Of a DNA stretch of 64,000 bases, positions 10,818 to 20,433 are shown piece by piece. The DNA is from an uncultured delta proteobacterium (lineage in GTDB: Bacteria; Myxococcota_A; Polyangia; Fen-1088), in NCBI GenBank assembly GCA_963767925.1, contig CAVYGB010000013.1, forward strand, positions 1 through 64,000, given 5' to 3'. Under the pieces are notes generated by a model. It had not been told where the DNA came from. It worked only from the letters and a program-made list of their open reading frames with translations, and did no database searches. Each line of letters opens with the position of its first letter. The stretch's first letter is position 1. Both the position numbers and the translations under genes were made by a program.

Positions 10818-11704
10818 GGGGTCTCTCCCGCCGTCTTTTCTGTCGATTTGCCCGCCGGCTCGGCCGCCTTGCCGGCCGTGCCACCCGCCGACTCTGCCTC
10901 TGTCCTGGCCACCGCCGCCGTCTCACCCACCACCTCAGACGCCGTATCTTCCTCGGGCCCACCCTCGCGGGCGGTCACCTTGAGGAAGACCTCCTCGAGC
11001 GAGGTGCCCGCCCGCTGCTGCGCGCGCAGGTCGGCCGGCGTCCCCACCGCCACCAGGCGGCCCCCGTCGATGATGCCGACCCGGTGGCACAGCCGCTCGG
11101 CCATGTCGAGCAGGTGGGTCGACAGGAACACGGTCTTGCCGTCGTTGGCGGCGCTGCGGATGCGGTCCTGCACCTCGCGCGAGGCGCGCGGATCGAGCCC
11201 GTTGGTCGGCTCGTCGAGCACCAGCACGGGCGGGTCGTGGATGAGGGCGCAGCAGAGCCCGAGCTTCTTCTTCATGCCGGTCGAGTAGTTGACCGCGAAC
11301 TCGTCGGCCGCGTCGGCCAGGGCCAGGTCGGTCAGCAGCCGCTCCGAGCGCGCCGTCGCCTCGGCCCGGGACAGCCCGTGCATCTCGCCCACGAACTCGA
11401 GGATCTCCCGGCCCCGCAGGTAGTCGTAGAAGATCGGGTTGTCGGGCAGGTAGCCCACCCGGCGCGCCACCTCGACCCGGTCGCGCTGGCAGTCCCAGCT
11501 CTCCACCTGGGCCTGGCCCGAGCTGGGCACCAGGATGCCCATCAGCATGCGGATGGTGGTGGTCTTGCCCGCCCCGTTGGGGCCGAGAAAGCCGAACACC
11601 TCGCCCCGGGCCACGTCGAGGCTCAGGCGGTCGACCGCGAGGAACTCCCCGTAGCGCTTGGTGAGCGAGGCAAAGGCGATGGGGCTGGTCCCCGCGGTGC
11701 TCAT
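10814..11704 (-). CDS. ABC transporter ATP-binding protein
   Basis: GPNGAGKTT, YSTGMKKK, LVLDEPTNGLDP, STH; start at ATG 11704 (MSTAGTSPIAF). Confidence 0.93.
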   Translation of the reverse strand: MSTAGTSPIAFASLTKRYGEFLAVDRLSLDVARGEVFGFLGPNGAGKTTTIRMLMGILVPSSGQAQVESWDCQRDRVEVARRVGYLPDNPIFYDYLRGREILEFVGEMHGLSRAEATARSERLLTDLALADAADEFAVNYSTGMKKKLGLCCALIHDPPVLVLDEPTNGLDPRASREVQDRIRSAANDGKTVFLSTHLLDMAERLCHRVGIIDGGRLVAVGTPADLRAQQRAGTSLEEVFLKVTAREGGPEEDTASEVVGETAAVARTEAESAGGTAGKAAEPAGKSTEKTAGETP

Positions 11705-11718
11705 GGGCGGGGCCGATC

Positions 11719-12978
11719 TCACGACTTGCGCGGCAGCTCGACCGTCGCCTGCGCCGGGTGGGCGTAGTCGTTCCACAGGCGATCGAGCAGGGCCCGGTCG
11801 GGCTGGCCGTCGACGACCACGAACCGGTAGCGGGTGACCAGCGGCTTGCCCGGCTCGATCGTGAACCTGCCCGCCTTGGGCGGGGCCACGCTGAAATAGG
11901 GCTCCTTGGGGTGGATGCGCACCGGGACGGGGGCCCGGAAGTTGGCGGGGTGGCCGAGCACCGCGATCCCCACCGGCTTGCCCTCGAGGTCGCCGCCCAG
12001 GAAATACCAGCGCGCGCCGGTGTTCTCGCCGTCGACCCGCTGCTTGCCCTCGGAGGTCAGGAAGCGCGCGCTGTTCTCTCCCAGCCAGGCCCCCGGCCCG
12101 CGCAGCGCCAGCCCGCCGTAGATGTACTGGAGCAAGCTGAGGGGGGAGCTGCCGACCAGCTTCTCGGTGGTCTCCAGATCGAAGAGGTAATAAGGCGGCG
12201 CCTTCTTGCTCGCCCGGGCGGTGGGGTGGGTGCGGTGCAGGACGACGTTCCAGGTCTCGTCGAGCACCACCTTCGGCGGGGTGGCGCCGAGGTCGGTCGA
12301 GGACAGCGTCGCGCTGAACCCGCCGGCCACCTCGCCGCTCCAGGTCCCGCCGAGCGCGACGTGGTCCTTGCGGCCCTTGCGCGTGCCCATGTTCCAGAAG
12401 TCCGGCTTGCGCCCCTCGTATTCGGTCGAGGTCCAGGCGTTCCAGATCCCGTGGTGGTGCTTGTGGTCGATCGGGTAGTCGTCGGTGACGGTGCGGCCAG
12501 CGGGGGTGAGGACCGGATGGAGGTAGCCGCCGCGCACCAGCTCGGGCTTCACGTCGGGGCGGGGGGCCACCCCCCGCGCCCGGTAGAACAGCACCTGCTT
12601 GCCCCCCAGGGTGAGCCAGACGCCGTCGTCGTCGGCCCGGGCCTCGACGGCGGGGGGGCCCTTGGCCGCGCCCGCGCTCTCGGCGATCTTGTAGGTCGCC
12701 CGCTTTCCCGGGGCCAGCCGGGGCAACACGAAGCGCCCGGTGGCGGCGGCGTCGACCTCCAGCGGCAGGGCGCCCCCGGGGCCGCGCAGGGTGAGCCGCT
12801 TGCCCGCCAGCTCGGCCGGCATGGTCACCGCCACCGGGCTGGCCTCCCGGGCGTGCTGGCCCGCCTCGACCGTCAGGGAGCCGTGCCGGGCAGGGGCCGC
12901 CGCGGCCGCCGGGCGGAGCGGGTGGACCAGCAGCAGCGCGGCTGCCACGCCCGTCACAACACATGCGAGGGCCTTCAT
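11719..12978 (-). CDS. PmoA-family / DUF6807 exported protein
   Basis: Signal peptide; GYLHPVLTPAG..VTDDYP.DHKHHHGIW and YGGLALRG, HPAN motifs typical of this family. Confidence 0.75.
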   Translation of the reverse strand: MKALACVVTGVAAALLLVHPLRPAAAAAPARHGSLTVEAGQHAREASPVAVTMPAELAGKRLTLRGPGGALPLEVDAAATGRFVLPRLAPGKRATYKIAESAGAAKGPPAVEARADDDGVWLTLGGKQVLFYRARGVAPRPDVKPELVRGGYLHPVLTPAGRTVTDDYPIDHKHHHGIWNAWTSTEYEGRKPDFWNMGTRKGRKDHVALGGTWSGEVAGGFSATLSSTDLGATPPKVVLDETWNVVLHRTHPTARASKKAPPYYLFDLETTEKLVGSSPLSLLQYIYGGLALRGPGAWLGENSARFLTSEGKQRVDGENTGARWYFLGGDLEGKPVGIAVLGHPANFRAPVPVRIHPKEPYFSVAPPKAGRFTIEPGKPLVTRYRFVVVDGQPDRALLDRLWNDYAHPAQATVELPRKS

Positions 12979-13013
12979 GGCGAGGCAGTATAGATGAGAG
13001 GACGCCTGCCACC

Positions 13014-14030
13014 ATGGAGGACAACAAACCGGGTCTCGCCGCTCTGGGCTGGTCCGAGCCCTGGCGAGCGGCCTTCGCCGCGCTCGAGCCGCCGCCCTCC
13101 GGGGCGACCTGGCGGCCGGCCCGCGTCGTCCTCGAGCACGGGCGCTTCCTGCGCGTCCACGACGGGGATCGCGAGCACCTGGCGGTGGCGGCGGGCCGCC
13201 TGCGGCACGTGGCGGCCAGCGCGGCCGATCTGCCCACGGTCGGCGACTGGGTGGCGATCACCGACCGGGGGGCCGACCTGGCCAGCATCGAGCGGGTCTT
13301 GCCCCGCAAGAGCCGCCTTTCTCGGGCGCGGGTGGGCCGGCGCGCCGCCGAGCAGGTTGTCGCGGCCAACGTCGACCGGGTCATCCTCATGATGGGCCTC
13401 GACGAGGACTACAACCTGCGCCGGCTCGAGCGGTACCTCGCGCTGGCCTACGCCGCCGGCATCTCCCCGGTCGTGGCGCTCAACAAGGCCGATCTCTCCC
13501 CCGATCTGCCCGCCCAGCAGGCCGCCGTTGTGGCGCTGGCGCCCGAGGTGCCGGTGGTGGCCACCGCGCTCGCGCTGCCCGGGGGGGAGGCGCCGCTTTC
13601 TCCCCACCTCGCGCCCGCGACGACGGTGGCCGTGCTCGGCTCGTCCGGGGTGGGCAAGTCGACCCTGCTCAACCGGCTGGCCGGGCAGGACGTGCAGCGG
13701 ACCGGCGACGTGCGCGCCTCCGACCGCCGCGGCCGCCACACGACCAGCCACGCCCAGCTCTTCGCGCTGCCGGGCGGCGCCCTGCTGATCGACACCCCCG
13801 GGCTGCGCGAGATCCAGCTCTGGGAGGGCGACGCCGGCCTGGGCACCGCCTTCGCCGACGTAGAGGCCCTCGCCGCCGCCTGCCGCTTCGACGACTGCAG
13901 CCACAGCGACGAGCCCGCCTGCGCTGTGCGGGCGGCGCTGGTCACGGGCGCGCTGGCGCCCTCGCGCTGGGCGAGCTTCCGCAAGCTGCGGGCCGAGGTC
14001 GGCGGCACCCGCGGGCGCCGGGGCCGCTGA
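13014..14030 (+). CDS. rsgA: Ribosome small subunit-dependent GTPase A
   Basis: PTVGDWV OB fold, AANVD, LNKAD, GSSGVGKSTL, GRHTT, DTPGLRE, CRFDDCSHSDEPAC zinc motif. Confidence 0.95.
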   Translation: MEDNKPGLAALGWSEPWRAAFAALEPPPSGATWRPARVVLEHGRFLRVHDGDREHLAVAAGRLRHVAASAADLPTVGDWVAITDRGADLASIERVLPRKSRLSRARVGRRAAEQVVAANVDRVILMMGLDEDYNLRRLERYLALAYAAGISPVVALNKADLSPDLPAQQAAVVALAPEVPVVATALALPGGEAPLSPHLAPATTVAVLGSSGVGKSTLLNRLAGQDVQRTGDVRASDRRGRHTTSHAQLFALPGGALLIDTPGLREIQLWEGDAGLGTAFADVEALAAACRFDDCSHSDEPACAVRAALVTGALAPSRWASFRKLRAEVGGTRGRRGR

Positions 14031-14050
14031 GCGCGCCCGCCGGCCGTGTG

Positions 14051-14626
14051 CTAGGCGCCGAGGTCCTCGATCTCGCGGAGCTGGCCGTCGTGCACCTCGA
14101 GGCGCAGCAGGTTGCCGTTGGCCATCGGGGGGAACGGGCGGCCGAAGCTGTCGTGCAGGAGGGCGCGGAAGGCGCCGCCGTGCCCGACAACCAGCACCGG
14201 CGCCTCGGCCGCCGCCGCGGCCGCCTCCAGCACTCCGGCCCGGAGCCGGGCCACAACCACCGCCTGTGGCTCGCCGCCGGGCGGGACGCAGGCCCGGTCG
14301 GCCTGGTAGCGGTTCCAGGCGTCGGCGTGGCGTTCCAGGCACTCGTCGGCGGTCAGCCCCTCGAACACCCCGAAGGATCGCTCGCGCAGCCGGGGGTCGA
14401 CCGTGACCCCCGCGATCCCCAGCGTCCGCCCGACGATCTCCGCGGTCTCGCGGGCCCGCAGCAGGTCGCTGGCCCGGATCTGACCGATGCCGACGCTGCG
14501 CAGGCGTTCGGCCAGGGCGGCGGCCTGCTCCTGCCCGCGGGGGCTCAGGGGAATGTCCGTATGTCCCTGCCAGCGCTGTTCGAGGTTCCAGGGGGTTTCG
14601 CCGTGGCGGGCGAGAAAGAGGCGCAT
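14051..14626 (-). CDS. Histidine phosphatase family protein
   Basis: RHGETPWN, SDLLRARETA, LRERSFG, VVGHGG. Confidence 0.92.
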   Translation of the reverse strand: MRLFLARHGETPWNLEQRWQGHTDIPLSPRGQEQAAALAERLRSVGIGQIRASDLLRARETAEIVGRTLGIAGVTVDPRLRERSFGVFEGLTADECLERHADAWNRYQADRACVPPGGEPQAVVVARLRAGVLEAAAAAAEAPVLVVGHGGAFRALLHDSFGRPFPPMANGNLLRLEVHDGQLREIEDLGA

Positions 14627-14665
14627 CCGGTACCGAACATAGCCTGCGCGCGCCGCGCCGGCGGG

Positions 14666-15649
14666 TCAGATCACGCGGTCGAGCAGGGGCTGGCCCGCCT
14701 CGTGGCGACGCAGGTTGGCCAGGAAGTGTTGCACCAGCCGGGTCCACTCGTTGTCGTGGCCGCCCGCCGTGTGGGGCGTGATCACGCAGTTGGGCGCCTG
14801 CCACAGCGGGTGCTCGGACGGCAGCGGCTCGGGGTCGGTGACGTCGAGGTAGGCGGCGCGCAGGCGGCCACCGCGGAGCGCCTCCTCGAGGGCATCCTGG
14901 TCGACGGTGGTGCCGCGGCCGATGTTGTAAAAGACGGCGCCCGGCTTCATCGCCGCGAACTTGCGCCGGTCGAACAGCCGCCGGGTCCCGTCGTTGCCCG
15001 GCAGCAGGTCGATGACGTGGTCGGCGTCGGGCAGGAGCTGCTCGAGCTCGCTGGTCGGCCGCACCGGCAAGCCTTCGTCGCCGCGCGGGTGGCGCCGCAC
15101 GGCCGTCAGATCGAAGGCGAAGGGGGCGCACAGCTCGGACAGCCGCCGGGCGATGGCCCCGAACCCAACGAGCAACACCTTCTGTCCGCCCAGCAGCCGC
15201 GAGGTCGAGCGGAGGACCCCCTTGGGCCAGGCCCGCGGGCCGAGCTGGTCGGCCCGCGCCTTCGGGAGCTGGCGCGCCTCGGCGAGCAGGAAGGACAGGA
15301 CGTGCTGGGCGCACGGCTCGGCGTAGACGAGCGAGCTGCTGGAGATCTGGCCCCCGCGCGCGCCCACCGCGGCCCGCATGGGGGCCGTATCGAACGGGGT
15401 GTACCCCGCCGAGGAGAGGTGTACCCAGGCCAGCCGGTCGAGCCCCTGACACTGGGTGGCCTCGGGCTGGCCAAACGCGATGTCGGCCTCGGGCAGGTGC
15501 CGGTCGGGCGCCCCCAGGGGGGTGTTGGTGGGGGTGCAGGCCTCCGCCCACTGCAGCCGGTGCGCCCGGACGCCCGCCTCGAGCAGCGCCCGCGCCGCCG
15601 GGTCGCAGCCCAGGTTGCACCATATCGTCCAGGGTCCGGTCGTCGTCAT
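14666..15649 (-). CDS. D-2-hydroxyacid dehydrogenase family protein
   Basis: VGFGAIA Rossmann motif, FYNIGRG, AYLDVTDPEPLP, ITPHTAG; start at ATG 15649. Confidence 0.92.
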   Translation of the reverse strand: MTTTGPWTIWCNLGCDPAARALLEAGVRAHRLQWAEACTPTNTPLGAPDRHLPEADIAFGQPEATQCQGLDRLAWVHLSSAGYTPFDTAPMRAAVGARGGQISSSSLVYAEPCAQHVLSFLLAEARQLPKARADQLGPRAWPKGVLRSTSRLLGGQKVLLVGFGAIARRLSELCAPFAFDLTAVRRHPRGDEGLPVRPTSELEQLLPDADHVIDLLPGNDGTRRLFDRRKFAAMKPGAVFYNIGRGTTVDQDALEEALRGGRLRAAYLDVTDPEPLPSEHPLWQAPNCVITPHTAGGHDNEWTRLVQHFLANLRRHEAGQPLLDRVI

Positions 15650-15666
15650 GGGGCGCCCCAGTATAG

Positions 15667-15772
15667 GCAACGGTGACTAGCAACGGTGACTAGCAACGGT
15701 GACAAGCAACGGTGACAAGCAACGGTGACAAGCAACGGTGACAAGCAACCAAGGGGGACAAGCAACGGTGAC
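15667..15772. repeat. 13-bp tandem repeat GCAACGGTGAC(T/A)A: 6 full copies, one degenerate and one partial copy
   Basis: Units start at 15667, 15680, 15693, 15706, 15719, 15732, then 15745 (degenerate) and 15762 (partial). Confidence 0.95.
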
Positions 15773-15900
15773 GCAACCGGCGGAGTCCCCCGGAGGCCCG
15801 ACCCCCTAGAGGGGCACTCAAACCACCGGAGAAAAGGGGGTTTGACTTCGGCCCCTGCTCCGCGCGATCCTTCGCGCGGGGGGCTCCGGTTAACGCGCAG

Positions 15901-17796
15901 ATGCGGGCTCTAGCGCGTCCATTTCAGGTGTTGGACGATTTCCCCGATCCGGTGGCCATCTTGGATCGAGGCAGCGCGATGGTTTATGCATCGCCGGCCA
16001 TCGGCGCGCTCCTCGGCCGCCCGGCGGAGCAGCTCCTGGGCCAGCCGCTCGCCTCGTTCCTGACCATCCGTTACCGTGCCGATCTGGCGCGAACCCTGGC
16101 CCGGCTGGAGGGCGACGCCGACCCGGGGGCCACCGCCCGACTGTGCGTGGAGCCGATGCCCTGCCCGGAGCACCCCGAAGACGCGCCCCGAGTCTGGGAG
16201 CTGTCCCTGCGCCGCATGTCCGGAGAGGACCGGGGCCTGTTCTTCGTCTGCGTGCGGTCCAGCAACCGGGTCCAGGCCGGCAGCGCCCTGCAGCCCGATC
16301 CCGAGACCTACCGGCGCATCGTCGAAGGGACCCAGGACGGCATCTGGCTGCTCGACGCCGAGGCCCGCCTCACCTTCGTCAACGCCCAGATGGCGGCCAT
16401 GCTGGGACAGACCGTGGCCGGCATGCTGGGGCGCTCGCCCCGGGAGTTCATGGACGAGGAGATGTGGATCGAGGCCGACCGCATGCTGGAGCGCCACCGC
16501 CAGGGGCTGTCCGACGTGCACCCCCTGCGCTTTCGTCACGCCACTGGCCGGGCGGTCTGGACCCTCGTCTCGTCCAACCCCCTGCACGACGAGCAGGGGG
16601 ACCACGTCGGCGCGCTCGGGCTCGTCACCGACATGGGCCAGCGCCAGCGCCTGGAAGAGCAGCTCCTGCACGCCCAGAAGATGGAGGCGGTGGGCCGGCT
16701 GGCCGGGGGCATCGCCCACGAGTTCAACAACCTGCTCACCACCATCGTCGGCGCGGCCGAGCTGCTCTCCTTCCGTCTGGGCGGGCAGGCGGAGGCGCGC
16801 AGCGAGCTCGGGAGCATTCGCACCGCCACCGATCGCGCCGCCACCCTGGTGCGCCGGCTGCTGACCTTCGCCCGCCGCCAGAGCGCCAACCCGCGGGTCG
16901 TCGACCTGTGCGAGGCCGTGCGCAGCGCCGATCGCATCCTGGCCAGCGCCCTGGGCGAGGAGGTCGAGCTGTCGATCGCCACCGCCGAGGTCGAGTGCTC
17001 GGCCCGGGTCGACGTGGCCCAGATCGAGCAAGCCCTGCTGAACCTCGTGATCAACGCCCGCGACGCCATGCCCCAGGGCGGCGAGGTCACGGTGTCGGTC
17101 GAGCGCCTGTCCCTGCTGGTCCCCCTGGCCCACCTGCTGCCCGGCGAATACGTCAAGCTGGGGGTGACCGACACCGGCAGCGGCATGACCCCCGAGGTGC
17201 TCGAGCGCGCCTTCGAGCCCTTCTTCACCACCAAGCAGCGCGAATACGGCTCGGGGCTGGGGCTGGCCATCGTCTACGGCATCGTCCAGCAGAGCGGGGG
17301 GCACATCACCGCCGACAGCACGCCGGGCGAGGGCACGACCTTCTCGCTCTACCTGCCCTATGTCGTCCCCCTCGACCAGCCCGACGACACCTCCGACGAG
17401 CCCCCCGAGGAGACGGCCATCCCCCGGGGCCGCGAGACAATCCTCGTGGTGGAGGACGACGATCTGGTGCGGGGGATAACCGTTCGCTCGCTGCGCGCCC
17501 TCGGCTACCGGATCCTGCTGGCCGAAGACGGCGAGGACGCCATGAAGGTCGTCGAGCGCCACGCCGGCGGCATCGACCTCGTGGTCACCGACGTGGCCAT
17601 GCCGCGCATGGGCGGCCCCGAGCTGGCCGACAAGCTCACCGCCCGGTTCCCGGGGGTCAAGGTGCTGTTCGTCTCCGGCTACTCCGAGCAGGAGGTCTCC
17701 GAGCGCGTCGTCCTGGCGAGCAACCGGGCCTTCCTCGACAAGCCCTTCACCGCCTCGATGCTGGCCCGCAAGCTGCGGGACATGCTCGACGCCTGA
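15901..17796 (+). CDS. Cytoplasmic hybrid sensor histidine kinase (2 PAS, HisKA, HATPase, REC)
   Basis: [22 protein letters not shown]-box, [28 protein letters not shown]-terminal VVEDD..VTDVAMP..LDKPF. Confidence 0.93.
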   Translation: MRALARPFQVLDDFPDPVAILDRGSAMVYASPAIGALLGRPAEQLLGQPLASFLTIRYRADLARTLARLEGDADPGATARLCVEPMPCPEHPEDAPRVWELSLRRMSGEDRGLFFVCVRSSNRVQAGSALQPDPETYRRIVEGTQDGIWLLDAEARLTFVNAQMAAMLGQTVAGMLGRSPREFMDEEMWIEADRMLERHRQGLSDVHPLRFRHATGRAVWTLVSSNPLHDEQGDHVGALGLVTDMGQRQRLEEQLLHAQKMEAVGRLAGGIAHEFNNLLTTIVGAAELLSFRLGGQAEARSELGSIRTATDRAATLVRRLLTFARRQSANPRVVDLCEAVRSADRILASALGEEVELSIATAEVECSARVDVAQIEQALLNLVINARDAMPQGGEVTVSVERLSLLVPLAHLLPGEYVKLGVTDTGSGMTPEVLERAFEPFFTTKQREYGSGLGLAIVYGIVQQSGGHITADSTPGEGTTFSLYLPYVVPLDQPDDTSDEPPEETAIPRGRETILVVEDDDLVRGITVRSLRALGYRILLAEDGEDAMKVVERHAGGIDLVVTDVAMPRMGGPELADKLTARFPGVKVLFVSGYSEQEVSERVVLASNRAFLDKPFTASMLARKLRDMLDA

Positions 17797-17987
17797 GCCC
17801 CCCACCCCTGATCGCGGCCGGCGTGCGTCGCTATCGCTTGAACACAAGTTGATATCGGGGGCATGGGATCCTCCAGCGCCCCCGCGGTCAGCCTACCGCC
17901 CCCGCGGCGGCCTCCCCATCGAACGCCTCCGCCGCGAAGATCCGCTCGGCGACCAGCTCGCGCGCTGACCACCATCAGAACCGAGCT

Positions 17988-18416
17988 TCAGGACAGGACC
18001 ACGACCCCGCCACCCGGATCGAGGTGCCGCAGCCGCGCGTCGAAGGTCACCAGCGGCACGCCGTGATGGCGAGCGGTGGCCAGCAGGAAGGCATCCGTGA
18101 CCTGGTTCGGCCCCATCAACCGCGTCGCCAGATCACGAAAAGGTGGCCCGGCCGGCGCCAGGGATTCGTCCAGGTAGCGGTGGCGTGGGGTCGCGATGAT
18201 TTGCTCGAGCAGCGCCAGCGATTCTGCGGGCGTCCGGGCGAGGGGCGTGAACCTGGGATTCGACGACAACCGCACGAAGGCGAGCTGGGTGATCGCGCAC
18301 GTGCTCCAGCCTTGCGGGGCGTTCGCTACGAACCACGTCCGCGCCGGAGCGTGGAACTGGTGGTTGGGCCAGGCGAGGGCCAGGAGGACGTTGATGTCCA
18401 GGAGCCCGTCACCCAT
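17988..18416 (-). CDS. vapC: VapC PIN-domain toxin
   Basis: LLDINVLLAL, HQFH, QVTDAFLL, LVTFD. Confidence 0.9.
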   Translation of the reverse strand: MGDGLLDINVLLALAWPNHQFHAPARTWFVANAPQGWSTCAITQLAFVRLSSNPRFTPLARTPAESLALLEQIIATPRHRYLDESLAPAGPPFRDLATRLMGPNQVTDAFLLATARHHGVPLVTFDARLRHLDPGGGVVVLS

Positions 18417-18669
18417 CGAGGCCTTCGTCCCTGCCTTCGTCGCTGCCTTCGTCGGCCAGGACCTGCGAGGCTCGGTTTCCGGGGATGATGGGGGCGTCGG
18501 CGGGAACGGCGAAGACCGGGAGATCGCCCTCGCGGGCGGTCGCGAGCGGCGGGCTCAGCCCGCGCCTCGCCAGATCGGAGACGACCTCGCCGAGCGAACG
18601 CCCGGATGCCTCGGCGAGCGTCTTCGCGGCCTCATAGACGTCGTCGGCCAGCGCGAGCGTGGTTCGCAT
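18409..18669 (-). CDS. VapB/CopG-like ribbon-helix-helix antitoxin
   Basis: MRTTLALADDV..AK.LA...GRSLGEVVSDLARRGL; 8-nt overlap with vapC. Confidence 0.85.
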   Translation of the reverse strand: MRTTLALADDVYEAAKTLAEASGRSLGEVVSDLARRGLSPPLATAREGDLPVFAVPADAPIIPGNRASQVLADEGSDEGRDEGLDG

Positions 18670-18731
18670 CTAGATACGATGATTCCATGGTGCAGTGATG
18701 TCAAAGACGCGATGCGCCCGCTGAGCTTGAG

Positions 18732-19802
18732 TCAGTGGCGGTGGCGGTGGTGGAGGTCGGGGAGGTGGGGGTGGTCGTGGGCGATGGAGGCGTGGCGGTG
18801 GCGGTGGCTGTGGGGGGCGTCGGTGGGGCCGTGGGGGTGGTCGTGCTGGTGGTGCTCGTCGTGGTCGTGCAGGTGCTCGTGCTCGATGGCCTCGTGGGTG
18901 TGCAGGTGGCCGTGGCGCTCGTGGGCCAGCAGCGCTACCCCTCCGGCCATGAGGGCGCCGGCGGCCAGCTCGAGGGCGCCGGGGCGTTCGCCCAGCACGG
19001 GCAGGGCCAGCAGGGCGCCGATGAAGGGCGCGGTGGCGAAGTAGGCCGCCTCGCGCGCGGCGCCCAGCAGGCGCAGGGCGTACATGTCGAGCAGCAGGCT
19101 GGCCCCGTAGCTCAGGGCGCCCAGGATCAGCGCGGGCGCCAGCGCGGCGGCGGGCGGGCGGGCGTGCCCCAGCAGGGCGGCCAGCAGCAGCATCGCCGTC
19201 CCCGCGCCGAGGGTCTTGATCAGCACGATCTGGCGCGGGTCCTTCAGCGACAGCCGCTGGCTGAGGTTGTTGTCGATGCCCCAGCCCAGGCAGGCCCCGG
19301 CGATGGCCAGCGCTCCCCAGCCGTCGCCGCCGAGACCTCCCCGGGGCCGCGCCAGCACCACGCCGCCCGCCACGATGAGGGCGAAGGCGAAGGCCAGGCG
19401 GCGGCCCAGGTGCTCGCGGAAGACGAGCACCGCGAGGGCCATCGTGAACGGGGCCTCGAGGTTGAGCAGCAGCGAGCCGGTCACGCCCGAGACCCGGTGC
19501 AGGCCGGTGAGCATGAGAAAGGGGCTCGCCATGCCGCCGATGATCACGATCGCCGCGAGCAGCACCAGGTCCGCCCGCCGCACCGGCGCCTCCCGCTCCG
19601 CCCCTGGCGGCCGCCGCGGCCAGAGCCGGGCCAGGGTCAGCCCCAGGCCGGCGCCCAGGTAGAGCAGCCCGGCCAGCACCAGCGGCGACATCGCCGGCAG
19701 CAGCTTCTTGGAGAGCGGCGCGCTCGCCCCGAACAGGGCCGCGGCCGCCAGTCCACAGAGGGCCCCGCGCGCGGCCGGCGCACGCGTCAGCGGTTCACCC
19801 AT
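18732..19802 (-). CDS. DMT/EamA-family transporter with His-rich C-terminal tail
   Basis: About 10 TM helices, LLLNLE and DNNLS motifs, tail HGHLHTHEAIEHEHLHDHDEHHQHDH...HHRHRH. Confidence 0.9.
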   Translation of the reverse strand: MGEPLTRAPAARGALCGLAAAALFGASAPLSKKLLPAMSPLVLAGLLYLGAGLGLTLARLWPRRPPGAEREAPVRRADLVLLAAIVIIGGMASPFLMLTGLHRVSGVTGSLLLNLEAPFTMALAVLVFREHLGRRLAFAFALIVAGGVVLARPRGGLGGDGWGALAIAGACLGWGIDNNLSQRLSLKDPRQIVLIKTLGAGTAMLLLAALLGHARPPAAALAPALILGALSYGASLLLDMYALRLLGAAREAAYFATAPFIGALLALPVLGERPGALELAAGALMAGGVALLAHERHGHLHTHEAIEHEHLHDHDEHHQHDHPHGPTDAPHSHRHRHASIAHDHPHLPDLHHRHRH

Positions 19803-19815
19803 GTCGGGATATTAG

Positions 19816-20355
19816 CTAATTCACCAGCTTGGGCACGCCGCCCAGGCGGCGGATGTAGATGAAGACGCTCACCACGCCGAGCGCGCCGGCCGACCAGACC
19901 GCCGGCCCGGCCAGCGGGTGCTCGATCAGCAGGGCCCCGGCGGCCAGGAACTGCACGACGGTGGTGGTCTTGCCGATCGGGTTGGCCCGGAAGTCGTAGT
20001 CGCGCGACAGCCGGTGCAGGGTCGGCACCAGCCGCAGGGCCGTCACCGCCACGAGCTGCAGGCACTCCCGGGTCAGCAGCAGCGCCAGCCACAGCGCGGG
20101 CGGCCGCCGGGACAGGTACAGCCCCGCCACCACCGCGCCGACGAACAGCTTGTCGCACAGAGGGTCGAGCCAGTCGCCCCGGTGGTGTCCGCGATCCCCG
20201 GGTGGGCGCTGGCGCCGCGCCACCCAGCCATCGAGCATGTCCGAGATCCCGGCCAGGACCAGCACGGTCAGCGCGAGCGGGATGTCGTGGGCCACCAGCA
20301 CGAAGGCCACCCCGAGAGGAATCCGCACCAACGACAGATAATCCGCCACCGACAC
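19816..20355 (-). CDS. CDP-alcohol phosphatidyltransferase family protein
   Basis: SDMLDGWVAR...GDWLDPLCDK signature. Confidence 0.9.
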   Translation of the reverse strand: MSVADYLSLVRIPLGVAFVLVAHDIPLALTVLVLAGISDMLDGWVARRQRPPGDRGHHRGDWLDPLCDKLFVGAVVAGLYLSRRPPALWLALLLTRECLQLVAVTALRLVPTLHRLSRDYDFRANPIGKTTTVVQFLAAGALLIEHPLAGPAVWSAGALGVVSVFIYIRRLGGVPKLVN

Positions 20356-20433
20356 CGACCAATCTTACCCCCAAGGGCCCGCCCCGGGCGATGGGGGCGA
20401 CCCTGCGGGTTTTGTTGCTAGGCTAGGCCGAAC

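Noticed and set aside
6718..10962. 1414-aa giant ORF
   Set aside because: The first ~837 codons are an Arg/Gly/Pro-rich off-frame shadow of the permease-CPBP gene; only 6718..8451 is protein-like
11719..12978. Particulate methane monooxygenase
   Set aside because: The family name PmoA is misleading: this is a soluble exported protein with no pmoB or pmoC
15667..15772. CRISPR array or plasmid iterons
   Set aside because: 13-bp contiguous units without spacers; no rep gene or AT-rich origin nearby
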